Below, one piece after another: positions 51,641-64,000 of a DNA stretch of 64,000 bases. Origin of the DNA: Eledone cirrhosa (lineage: Eukaryota); contig OZ024748.1 in the NCBI GenBank assembly GCA_964016885.1, positions 18,166,001 to 18,230,000 on the forward strand, read 5' to 3'. Position 1 is the first letter of the stretch. The number at the start of each line of letters is the position of its first letter. A program made the translations under genes and the position numbers. The notes beneath the pieces were generated by a model, which made no database searches, was not told the origin of the DNA, and worked only from the letters and a program-made list of their open reading frames with translations.

Positions 51641-53123
51641 TGACATAATGTGTAAATAGTGGAGCATTTCATTGACATGTGTCGTCTTTGCGTAATTCTC
51701 AGGGAGATGGTTGGCCCTTGGAATTACAGATACAATCTATTTTGGAAGTGGTTGAGTATTCCAATGTGACCTTTGGAATTACAGGTTCAGTCTATTTCAT
51801 ATTATAGTATAAGTGGTTGAGTATTCCACAGACACGTATAGTCTTTATATAATTCTGAAGGAGATTCAGCATGACATTGTGTGATAAGACTGGCCCTTGG
51901 AATTACAAGGGCCAGTCTTATCAGTAGGAAAGACTTAACCCCAAAATTCACATGGTTGCGAGCTAACCCTTTAACCACACAGCTATCCAAGCCTGTACCA
52001 TTATTTTTAAAAGACCTTTTCCCACAAGAATAAATGTGATTCTTATGTTCAGAAACGGGAAGGTGAATAATTCATTTTAGAACTGGTTCGTTTGGGAATA
52101 AGTTAAACATAAATCTATGTCAGGCTTTGTATAAGGTAGCCTAGTTTGAAAGTTAAACAAACAGACATTAAATTTGAATTAAATTTCCAAATTTTAAACA
52201 TTCCTGCATGGCGTTAGGAAGTTAGGAGAATGATTTATGTTGTATTTTCATAAATTAAATATATTACAGTGAGTGGAATTAGAAGGGTCTTTTTTTAACT
52301 CTTAACATCCTATAGCATAAATTATCTAAAAACAGGATTGTTAATTTAAATGTTTATAGTACCAGGAGAGATCGTTGTGAAAATTTACAGTAAACTAAAA
52401 CAAAAACTTGTGTGTGTGTGTGTACATGTATGTACATGCGTGTGTGTATGTATGTGTGCGTGCATGTATATGTGTTTATGTCTATGTGGACGTGTGTTGG
52501 TGTCTGTTTGTGAGTTTGCATGTATGTATATATATGTGTGTGTGTGTATAACAAACAACGTACGTGGCTCATATGTCAAGTTATACTTAGTGTTGTCTCT
52601 CTTTCTAGCTCTTTGTCAATCTATCATTCTCTCCCTCACTTCCTTTTTATCTTTCTGCCACTCTCTCTCTCTCATTCTCCTATCCCTCCTCCCTTTCTCC
52701 TTATCTCTGACCCTCTCTATCTCCCTTTCATTCTCCTATCCTTCTATCTCTCTTCCTCTCTCTTTATCTTCCTCGCATTGTTTTCTTGCTGTATTTTAAG
52801 AGAAACTTTGTTCTGTAACAGTAAAATACTAACACGATTTAAACAAGTTAATGTCACACACACACACGTGTGTGTATGTGTGTATATATATATATATATA
52901 TACTCACATACACACATTTGTATATATATACAAATACACGCACACATATTCTGTGTGTGAGAGAGAGAGTGAGAGTGTGTGTGTGTGTGTGTATACGAAT
53001 TACTCCTTCAGTTTCTGTTTACCATATTCCACTCACAATACATTGTCAGAGATACAATACATTGTCAGAGATATTGTCAATACAATACATTGTCAGAGAT
53101 ACAATACATCTTCTCAGAGATTG

Positions 53124-53800
53124 GCAGCTATTTTATGAGATTGTAGCCAAATATTTGCCCACAAACCAAACCCTCTGGTTACGACCTCTTTGACAAAGGT
53201 TTTTGGTCTTAATTTTCCCAGAAACTGACAGCTATTTTATGAGATTGTAGCCAAAATATTTGCCCACAATCCAAACCTTCTGGTTACAACCTCTTTGACA
53301 AAGGTTTTTGGTCTTAATTTTCCCAGAAACTGACAGCTATTTTATGAGATTGTAGCCAAAATATTTGCCCACAATCCAAACCCTCTGGTTACAACCTCTT
53401 TGACAAAGGTTTTTGGTCTTAATTTTCCCAGAAACTGACAGCTATTTTATGAGATTGTAGCCAAAATATTTGCCCACAATCCAAACCCTCTGGTTACAAC
53501 CTCTTTGACAAAGGTTTTTGGTCTTAATTTTCCCAGAAACTGACAGCTATTTTATGAGATTGTAGCCAAAATATTTGCCCACAATCCAACCTTCTGGTTA
53601 CAACCTCTTTGACAAAGGTTTTTGGTCTTAATTTTCCCAGAAACTGACAGCTATTTTATGAGATTGTAGCCAAAATATTTGCCCACAATCCAAACCTTCT
53701 GGTTACAACCTCTTTGACAAAGGTTTTTGGTCTTAATTTTCCCAGAAACTGACAGCTATTTTATGAGATTGTAGCCAAAATATTTGCCCACAATCCAAAA
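53124..53800. repeat. 105-bp tandem repeat, about 6.4 copies
   Basis: gaaactgaca at 53221, 53326, 53431 and onward. Confidence 0.95.
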
Positions 53801-53929
53801 CTTCTTGCTCTAACTATCTATCGCGAAAACTTAACCCTGGAAACCGGCTTCTCTACACAGTGTTATATCTACAACCTTTTCTCACCAGTAAGTAGAGAAG
53901 GGTTTCCTTCATTCATTGGCCCAGTGTGG

Positions 53930-54235
53930 AGATGCGTGGCTAAGTGGTTAAGGTGTTTGGCTCACGAAGCTCGCAAGATCATGAGTTCAACTCCCGACGG
54001 CGCGTTGTGTCCTTGAATAAAACACTTTATCTCACTCACATCGCTACAGTTCACTCTTGTGTTTGTGATTCAAAGAGCCAACCTTGTCACGCTGCACACT
54101 GTGTCCCTGAGAATTATGTTCAGACTACGCGAGTCTTTGAAATACTCAGCCACTTGTAAGTAAATTTCACGGGCAAGATGTTTCGTTGACTACACAGCTG
54201 GAATAGTAGTCGTTGAAACTGACGGAAGTCCCACA
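53930..54235 (+). mobile_element. SINE B variant with an alternative 3' region (diverged)
   Basis: tRNA head plus gtgtccttgaataaaacactt; collinear with 54768-55075. Confidence 0.75.
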
Positions 54236-54386
54236 TCAGTAATGGTGTGGTGTCATGAAAACATGTTTGAGTAAAAACGTGTTTTTGTGGTGTAACCATT
54301 GTTTTCTACAAATAAAAAAACAACTGTCTGTTGACAATATTAATTTATCCTCTGTCTGCTGTGACTGTAGGAGGGTAGACAGTGTA

Positions 54387-54465
54387 CAGAGTGTCCTCAA
54401 AAATGTATACACACTTCAACAGCATTCTAATAATTATGTGTATACATTTTTGGGAGGTCACCCTG
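54387..54465. mobile_element. Tc1/mariner-type MITE
   Basis: TA-cagagtg...aaaaatgtatacaca / tgtgtatacattttt...caccctg-TA. Confidence 0.7.
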
Positions 54466-54767
54466 TATATAGAGGGAATATAGAGAAGGGTATAAAGAGT
54501 ATAGAAGAAGTATAGACAGGGTAATAGAGGGTATATAGAGGGCATAAAGATAGTATATAGTAGGTATATAAAAGATATATGGAGGGTATATAGTAGGTAT
54601 ATAGAGAGTATAAAGAGGGTATATAGTAGGTATATAGAGAGTATAAAGAGGGTATATAGTACGTATATAGAGGGTATATACTAGGTATATAGTAGGTATA
54701 TGGAGGGTATATAGAAGGTATTTGGAGGGTATAGAGGTGTAGAGGGGTGTATAGCACGTATATAGAA

Positions 54768-55075
54768 GGCGCATGGCTTTGTGGTTGGGTTACTCAGCTC
54801 ACAATCGTAAGGTCGTGAGTTCGATTCCTGGCGGCACATTGTGTCCTTAAACAAGACACTTTATTTCCCGTTGCTCCAGTCCACTCAGCTGTCAAAAATA
54901 AGTTGTACTTGTAGTTCGAGGGACCAACCTTGTCACACACTGTGTCACACTGAATCTCCCTGAGAACTGCGTAAACGGTACGAGTGTCTGTGGAATGCTC
55001 AGCCACTTGCACGTTAATTTCACGAGCAGGCGGATCAACTGGAACACTCGTCGTCGTAACCGACGGAGTGCCCCA
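54768..55075 (+). mobile_element. SINE B variant (tRNA head + CORE-like domain, non-RTE-tail body)
   Basis: ggcgcatggctttgtggtt...gagttcgattcc...gtgtccttaaacaagacactttatttc...ggaatgctcagccacttgcacg; body fragments are triplicated at 60790-61170. Confidence 0.8.
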
Positions 55076-55297
55076 TTTAGAAGGTATATAGGTTGGGATA
55101 GAGAAAATATATAGAATGTGTTGGATATATTGAGGTGGGGTGTATAAGGTATGTAGGAGAGATGTATTGTCTGGCGTGTTGTTGACACCTGAGTATAGGG
55201 AGCGGTTTAACGAGGTGTGAATGATGAGTGTATGCATATGTGTGTATGTGTGTATGTGTACAGGAGGCGGTTACGTGTATGTAAATGAAGGTGAAGG

Positions 55298-55343
<46 letters not shown>

Positions 55344-55402
55344 TTATGTGTATATACACACACACACACATACGTATATGTATGTGTATATATATATGAG
55401 AA

Positions 55403-55461
<59 letters not shown>

Positions 55462-55522
55462 CGTCAAGAATGAAATTTGTAGAAATTTGTTTTTTTCTAC
55501 AAATTTCATACTTGACGACACA

Positions 55523-55579
<57 letters not shown>

Positions 55580-55959
55580 TACATACATACATACATACAT
55601 ACATACATACATACATACATAAATACATATGTGTGTTTTTTCTCATACCCCCCCCCCCCCCCCTCCGTTCCTTCCTCTTCTCACTTTCTATTTCTATTTC
55701 ATATTCTATTTCTCATTCTACCTTCTGAGGAAGTACAATTGTCCGAAATGTTAAGACCCTTTTCCTATTATTTCAAGCGTTAAACTAATATATTTCTTCG
55801 TTGCTAAGTGTCATTTGCTTTATTTCTGTTTACCATTATACACACACACATACATACATATACATACATACATACATACATTCATACATACATACATATA
55901 CACACATATATCATCAGGTGTTGTTGTTGTCGTTGTTCCAATAGTTGCAGCAATACCAA

Positions 55960-56840
55960 TTATTCCACACTCTAGCAACAACAACAATAACCACTACAAC
56001 CACTACAGCAACAGCAACCACCACCACAACAACCACTACAACAACCACTACAATAACAGCAACCACTACGACAACAAAAACCACCACAACACGACTACCA
56101 CAACAACAACAACCACCACCACTACTGCAACAACCACAACAACAACCACTTTGATAACAACCACAACTACCACCACTACAACAACAACCAATACATCAAC
56201 AACAACAACAACAACCACTACATCAACAATCACTACAACAACCAGCACCACCACAACTACTACAACAAAAACCACAACAACAACCTCAACCACAACAACT
56301 ACACCAACAACAACCACCACTATTACAACAACAACCATTACAACAACCACTACCACCACTACTACAACAACCACCACTACAACAGCAACCACTACTACAA
56401 CAACCACTACCACCACTACTACAACAACCACCACTACAACAACAACCACTACTACAACAACCACTACCACCACTACTACAACAACCACCACTACAACAAC
56501 AACCTCAACCACAACAACTACATCAACAACCGCCACTACAACAACCACTACAACAACAACCACTACTACAACCACCACTACAACAACAACCGCCACTACA
56601 ACAACCACTACAACAACAACCACTACTACAACAACCACCACTACTACAACAACCACCACTACAACAACAACCACTACTACAACAACCACTACAACAACAA
56701 CCACTACTACAACAACCACTACTACAACAACCACTACTACAACAACCACCACTACAACAACAACCACTACTACAACAACCACTACAACAACAACCACTAC
56801 AACAACCGCCACTACAACAACCACTACAACAACAACAACA
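55960..56840. repeat. (ACA/ACC/ACT)n trinucleotide array
   Basis: Direct inspection. Confidence 0.95.
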
Positions 56841-56979
56841 CCTATTCAGTATTTATTCATTATTATCTGACATTTAAAAATTACTTAAAGATTATTAAGT
56901 AAAAGGTCATCTCAAGTGACCTCTATAAACAATTTACAGCGCCATCTAGCGATATCTAGCACCTTAACTACACATAATA

Positions 56980-58255
56980 ATGTGTTTCTACATTTGGCAC
57001 AGGGCCAGCAATTTCGGGGAAGAGGAAGTCGCTTATATCGACCTCAGTGCATTACTGGTACTTTATTTTATCGACCTCAAAACGTTGAAAGGCAAAGCTA
57101 ACCTCGACGGGATTTGAACTCAGAGCGTAAAAGGCCGTAACTCTATGCTGCAATTCTGCCACTCCTCGGCACTTCTGTCCTCTAATAATTGTTTCTACTT
57201 TTGGCACAAGGCCAGCAATGATCTCAGTGTATTACTGGTACTTTATTTTATCGGCCCCGTAAGGATGAAAGGCAAAGCTAACCTCGGCGGGATTTGAACT
57301 CAGACCGTAAAGGGCTGTAACTCTTTGCTGCAAAGCATGGCGTGGCTGTAACTCTATGCTAAAAAACATGGTGCCCGACGCTCTACCGATTCTACTGCCA
57401 ATCCACCGCCCTCTAATAATAATTTATTCTGACAATGGCCCATGGTGGAATGGCAATGTCGATTATATTATATCCTCAGTACGTTACTGGTACTTTATTT
57501 TATCGACCTAAGAAGGATGAAAAGCAAAGTTAACCTCGGTAGGATTTGAACTCAGAAACGTACAAAGTCGCAATGTAATTTGTTCGACGCTCTACCAATT
57601 ACTGCTAATCTACCACCCTTCGGTCCTCTAATAATGGTTTCTGATTTAGGCACAAGACCAGCAATCTTAGGGGAGGGAAAAGTCGACGCCAGTGCATTAC
57701 TGGTACTTTATTTTATCGACCTCGTAAGGATGAAAGACGAAGCTAACCCCGGCAGGATTTGAACTCAGAACGTAAAGAACCGTAACTCTATGCCACAAAG
57801 CATGTTGTTCGACGCTCTACCGATTGTTGGCAATCCACCACCCTCTTCGGTCCTCTAGTAATTTTCTATTTTGGGCACAAGGCCAGCAATTATCCCAGTG
57901 TATTACTGGTACTTTATCTTATCGACCTCGTAAGGATGAAAGGCAAAGTTAACCCTCGGCGGGATTTGAACTCAGAATGTAAAGGTCCATAACTCTATGC
58001 TGAAAAGCATGGTGTCTGACGCTCTACCAATACTGCCAATCCTCTAATAATAAAAATAATAATTCTTTCTAATATTGGCCTAATTTATGACAGTTGTCAT
58101 GACAGCAATTTATGGCGAGGGGGCTAGGTTGATTACATTGACCCCGCAGTTTGTTACTGGTACTATATTTCATCCACCTCGGAAGGATAAAAGCTAAACA
58201 GTAGGAACAAATACTGCTAAGCATTTTGTCCGGCGCTCTATCGACTCTGCCGGTC
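56980..58255 (-). mobile_element. Cluster of five to six co-oriented SINE A copies
   Basis: Repeated ggcacaaggccagcaatt...gtactttattttatcgac...ggatttgaactcag blocks. Confidence 0.85.
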
Positions 58256-58508
58256 TATAACGTTTGTTTCAATTTGAAAAGGGTGAGGGGGGGTTGGTTA
58301 AGAAACGGAAAGAAAACAAGCAACCAACACATAATGTAGAAGTTGAGAATATTTATATTGATAGTTTGACTTATTTCTGCTTTACCAAACGGTTTCGTGG
58401 ACGTAAATACGACTACTCTTTCAGATAGATTGTTATATATATTCGCAGCCCAAAGAGCTGATCGTATTTATGGCTGCGAAACTGTGTGGTAAATCTCTCT
58501 CTCCTTCT

Positions 58509-58572
<64 letters not shown>

Positions 58573-58702
58573 AGGATTCGGGACCCCGACGGCTGAGCTC
58601 CCACCGTTGCAACAGCTAGATCCGAATCCTTCATATTACCCACTCTACGACTCAGGTGAGTAATGGTCTAATCTAACTGACTATTACTACACCCAATCTT
58701 CT

Positions 58703-58813
<111 letters not shown>

Positions 58814-60136
58814 TATTTGTTCAGTTGAAAACCTTTGAACGGTTTGCCAAGTGTCGCATAGTAGTGTTTCTTGACTTTTGAACAGCCTCTTCAGCGAGAG
58901 AGAGAGAGGAATAGTGAGTAAGTGAGGGAGAGAGAGAGGAATAGTGAGTAAGTGAGAGAGAGAGAGAGAGAGAGAGATAATGAGTGAGAGAGAGAAAGAT
59001 AATAAGTGAGTGAGAGAGAGAGAGAGATAGTGAATGAGAGAGTGAGTGAAGAGTCATTTAGTCCACCCTTATCACTCTAGGCTATTTTTAATTTTAATAT
59101 ATCTCTGATCGAGTTGTTTACTTTATGTCACAGATAGATAGGAATTATTCTTGAAGTATGTAGAGGGAAGATTATTATTCCCAGTTTGTTTGTCGAGGGC
59201 GGTGAATTGGCACTAGAATCGGTAGAGTGTCGGACACCATGCCCCGTGGCATATAGTTATGCGCATTTCCGTTCTGAGTTCAAATCAGACGTCTAAATAT
59301 AATAAACATTTAATACAACTTCTGGTTTCACTGAACGGGAGGGTAAATCCCGCCTATACTGTTATGTCACATTGGAAACCACTCAGCAGGCGATGTATGT
59401 GTGTGTGTATGTGTGTATGTGCGTGTGTATGTGCGTGTGTATGTATGTGTGTGTGTGTATGTGTGTGTGTGTGCGTGTGTATGTATGTATGTATGAATGT
59501 ATGTATGTATGTATGTATGTATGTATGTATGTATGTGCGTGTGTATGTATGTGTGTGGATGTATGTGTGTGTGTGTGTGTGTGGATGTATGTGTGTGTGT
59601 ATGTGCGTGTGTATGTATGTATGTATGTATGTATGTATGTATGTATGTATGTATGTATGTATGTATGTATGTATTTATGTATGTATGTATGAATGCAAAG
59701 GGCGGAAGAACTCAGCCGAGTCAATGGCCACCCAAATAAGTTTTTTTTTTTGTTTTTGTTTTTTTTTGTTTTTTTTTTCACTTGGGAGTGAAAGGCCACC
59801 GGTTGTTGACACAACACCTTTCTAGGAGAGAGAAACTGAAAAAAAAAAAAACCTGCGGCTTCGTAAGCATCCGATGATGTTGATTAGTTCTCCCTTTCGG
59901 GTAGAGTTTTCGATGCTCAGAGAATGGAACTGGCAGAGCGCAAGGATCTAGCGGTAGTCTGAAAGTGCACCAAACTCTATAATCTGACAAACGATTGCAA
60001 TACTCTTAGCAGAGTTTGCAGCCATCATGTATGTATGTATGTTGTAGATATTCGTGTTGTTCCTTCTGATGTTGTAGGTATTGGTATCGTTTTGATGCTG
60101 TTGTTGCTGTAAATATTGGTGTTGGTGTTCGTTCTG

Positions 60137-60187
<51 letters not shown>

Positions 60188-61849
60188 CTTCTGGTTTACG
60201 TTCTGAAGTCAAATCCCTGCGAGGTTAGCTTTGCCCTTCATCCTTACGGAGTCGATAAAATAAAGTACCAGTAACGCACTGGGGTCAATTTAATCGACTC
60301 TTCCCTTTCTCGCCAAATTGTTAACCTTGTGTCTAAATCAGAAATCATTATTGTCAGTTTGTTGAAAGGTGGATGTGAGTGGCGAGCATGGTCTGAGTGA
60401 ATGAACCTGCTCTGAATTGAGTGAGGACAGTTAGGAAGGGACTCTTGCCTTAGTGGTCAAGTTGGCCGTGGTATTTTGTGGCCTTTCTCCACATGTGACC
60501 CTATTGGGACATTTTCTTTTGTTTTAATTTTTATGTGTTTGTTGTTTTTGTTATACTTTTTACACGAATAAAAAAACAGAAAGCTGACATTGTATTTCTG
60601 TTGAGGGCAACTTGTATTTGAGTCGGACAGAAAGACAGGAGTCACATCAGTTATGAAGTGTTTACTTCATAATCATAAGGTCCTCTGTTCAGTCCCGTGG
60701 GGGTAGCATCTTGGGCAAAGGTCATTTTACATAGCCTCGTCTCTGCTCATAAAATTGGGTAGACAGAAGCTGCTTGGAAGCCCATCGGATGGACTGTACT
60801 TTTAATCCAAAAGGGCCAACCTTATCACACGTTCTGCCATACTGAATCTCCCTGAAAAAATTACATTAAGAGCACATGTATCTATGAGAATGCTCAGACA
60901 CTTGCATAATAAGATGGACTGTACTTATAGCTCAAAGGGCCAGACTTGTCACACACTGTGTCATACTGGATCTCCCTGAGAATTACATTAAGGTTACACG
61001 TGTCTGTAGGAATGCTTAGTCACACTATGAGATGGACTGTACTTGTAACTCAAAGGGCTATACTTGTCACACACTGTGTAACACCGAATCTCCCTGAGAA
61101 CTACAGTAAGGGTACACTTGTCTGTTGGAATGCTCAGCCACTTACACGTTAATCTCATGAGCATGCTGTTCCATAAAAAACGTAAAAAAACGAGCATGCT
61201 GTTCCATAAAAACGTAAAAAAACGAGCATGCTGTTCCATAAAAACGTAAAAAAACGACACAAACCTCCCCCTAAAACAACAATATCCTCGATAAAAACTC
61301 AAAATACTAATAATATTAATAGACAGTGTTTTGTGTTCGATATTATCGATCACCTGCCCCCTCCTCCCTACCACTACCACTTAACATTCTCCTATAAAGT
61401 TTAGTCTTTTGTTTAATCAAAATGGAATCAATTTTCATCAAAGGTTAGTGGAGCTGGCAGAAATAGAAGAAACGAACATGTTGAATAGGTGGTGATGGCG
61501 GGGGGGGGGGGGGAGTGGCGGTGGTGGTGGTGGTGGTGGTGGTGGTGGTGGTGGTAGTGGTAGTGGTGGTGGTGGTACAATCGTGGCTGTGGTGGTAGTG
61601 ATAGTGATGGTGGGGTGGTAGTGCTGGTTTCTGGCGGTGGTGGTGGTGGTGGTGGTGGAGGATGCGGTGGTGGTGGTGGAGGAGGATGGGGTGGTGTTGG
61701 TGGTGGTGGTAGCGGCGGCAGTGGTGGTGGTGGTAGAGGATGCGGTGGTGATAGTTTTTTATTTGTTTAAGGGTCTCACACACATTTAGAATTCCTTTTG
61801 GATTAATTTTGGTTTTTCATCTCTCACTACATTGACGAATAGATGAATA

Positions 61850-62490
61850 ATTGTTTCTGATTTAGGCAGAAGGCCAACAACTGTTGGGGTGGTGGTGGTG
61901 GTGGTGGTGAGGAATCGATTAAATCGACCCCAGTACGTTATTGGTACTTTATCCGTAAGGATGAAAGGTAAAACTAACCTCGACGGGATTTGAACTCAAA
62001 ACGTAAAGTGCCGTGACCCTATGCCGCAAAACATGGTGTCCGACCATCTACCGATTTTGCCAATCAACCGCTCTTAATATATTTATAATTGTTTTATACT
62101 TTAGGCACAAGGCCAGTAATTTGAAGGGGAGGGGAAAGTCGATTAATTCAAACCCCAGTACTGGTACTTTATTTTATCGACTTCGTAAGGATGAAAGGTA
62201 AAGTTAACCTCGGCGGGATTTGAACTCAGATCGTAAAGGGTCGTAACTCCATGCTGAAAAACATGGCGTCTGCCCCTCTACCGATACTGCCAATCCATCA
62301 CCCTTATATATTTATAATAACGCTTTCTGAAATAGACACAAGGCCAATAATTTGGGCGGAGGGGGAAAGTCAAATACACCGACCCATTGTATTACTAGTA
62401 CTCTGTTTTATCAATTCCTGGTAGGATGAACGATAAAGCTAACTTTGGCAGGATTTTGAACTCACAACGTAAAAGTGCCGTAACTCTATG
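61850..62490 (-). mobile_element. Cluster of three co-oriented SINE A copies
   Basis: Same blocks as 56980-58255. Confidence 0.82.
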
Positions 62491-62699
62491 AGTAAGATAG
62501 TGAGAAGTGAAACTTCATCCAGCATTGTTAATTTCTTTATATTTTTAGTACTAATTACTTTACCATAATAACCACAGTCTATTTCAGTAGCTGAACATTG
62601 CTGTTTGGTGCTTTAGTGTACACTTGTTTACAGGTCAGTAACATCTACTGTTTTAATTAGTATCAGAAGCAGATAGAGTAGTTCAAGTATCTCGGAGCC

Positions 62700-63260
62700 G
62701 TGTTCACGAGTGATGGAAGTGTAAGAATTGCAGGAGCTGATGCAGTAATGTGCCAGCTTCAGCATTCAGTAATCAGAAGGGAGGTATGTGTAAAAGCCAA
62801 ACTCACTATCTTCGGTATTCGTGCCAACCCTTAATTATGGTCGTGAATCTTAGGTAATGACCGAAAGAATACGATCGCGAATACAAGCAGCCGAAATTTG
62901 GGTTCCTCCAAAAGGTCTTTTGAGCAATGTTACTCGATAGAGTGTGTACCTCGGTGATCAGAGAGTCACTCCAGGTAGGGCCGTTACTTCTCCGAATTGA
63001 GAGATCACAGCTCTGATACTATGGGCATGTGGTTAGAATGTCTCAGGAAAGAATCCCTGGACAATTTTACGGGCAAAACCAACAGGTAGGAGACCCAGGG
63101 GTAGACCCCGAGCAAGATTGTTGGATTACATCCATGAGCTTGGCTAGTCTCGCTTGGGAATCCAGCTGGATCAGTTGGAGACGGTTGCTTCTGGTAGGAC
63201 CTGCTGGAAGGAGTGTTTGAGGACACTTCCCCCCACGACCCTCTCAGGAATAAGAGGGCG
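62700..63260 (+). mobile_element. Decayed RTE (second family) 3' fragment
   Basis: Reverse-complement match to 51110-51640; frameshifted ...SQL*YYGHVVRMSQERIP. Confidence 0.8.
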
Positions 63261-63733
63261 AAGAAGAAAAAGGCACAACAGTATGTGACAAGCTTGGTCC
63301 TTTGATTTTCAGGTACATTTCCACTGAAAAGCTTCCAAATATATAGTTTCTCTTCTTTTTCTGTCCAGCGATTCTTTCCTGAGTCATTATAACCACATGC
63401 CCGCAATATCGGAACTGTGATTCCTCAATTTGACTCACAAGATTTAACTAGAGCCGTGTCTATGGTAAAAGATGATTCACCTAATATACCCCCACAGTGG
63501 CCTCGAATGAGAATCCTCATACTTATGATCAAATTTCTAGACAGCCCTGGTACAATACATATTGTACTTTAGTCTGGCGCTCTACCGATTTCACCAACCA
63601 CACACTCACCTACATATTACGTCTAATAATCGTTATAATAAACATCATAACCATATGTTGTTTATCATGACAAATGTACCATGTGTATATATATAATGGA
63701 GGAAGATGTGAAATAGATAGATAGGACAAACAG

Positions 63734-63803
<70 letters not shown>

Positions 63804-63953
63804 CATTTGTATGTATATATGAATATTTATTTATATGTATGTATATATATATATATATAAATGAAAGGTATAGAAAACACTGCAGCGAAAAGCGAACAGC
63901 ATTCCATAGTATATAAGTGACTATATATATATATATATATATACTAAACCTTG

Positions 63954-64000
<47 letters not shown>

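Noticed and set aside
55461-55518. 25-bp-arm hairpin as a possible pre-miRNA
   Set aside because: It sits between (TA)n and (CA)n like the other small fold-back inserts; nothing in the sequence supports miRNA processing.
55815-56870. 351-aa poly-Thr 'mucin-like' ORF
   Set aside because: Trinucleotide array flanked by microsatellite; no signal peptide, domain or clear splice context.

Overview
AT-rich, microsatellite-dense eukaryotic DNA. The SINE/LINE repertoire looks cephalopod (octopus-like); this is inference. Host genes are scarce: one terminal exon of an alpha/beta-hydrolase (1454-1679) and one tRNA-Asn(GTT) gene (41849-41922, minus). The rest is mobile DNA and repeats: an intact full-length RTE LINE with a PHD finger inside the RT region, two near-identical L1/Tx1 3' fragments, a truncated Penelope-like (GIY-YIG) element with inverted terminal repeats, dozens of tRNA-derived SINEs, piggyBac- and Tc1-type MITEs, and several minisatellites. 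The most striking structure is a tandem triplication (about 24988-41056). Each unit carries a canonical minimal hammerhead ribozyme (HHR) and two long hairpin elements that contain further HHR-like motifs. One hairpin's spacer is flipped in the third unit. Filled and empty retrotransposon sites let the units be ordered in time. Several independent HHR families occur across the window. Most ORFs in the supplied track are microsatellite artefacts.
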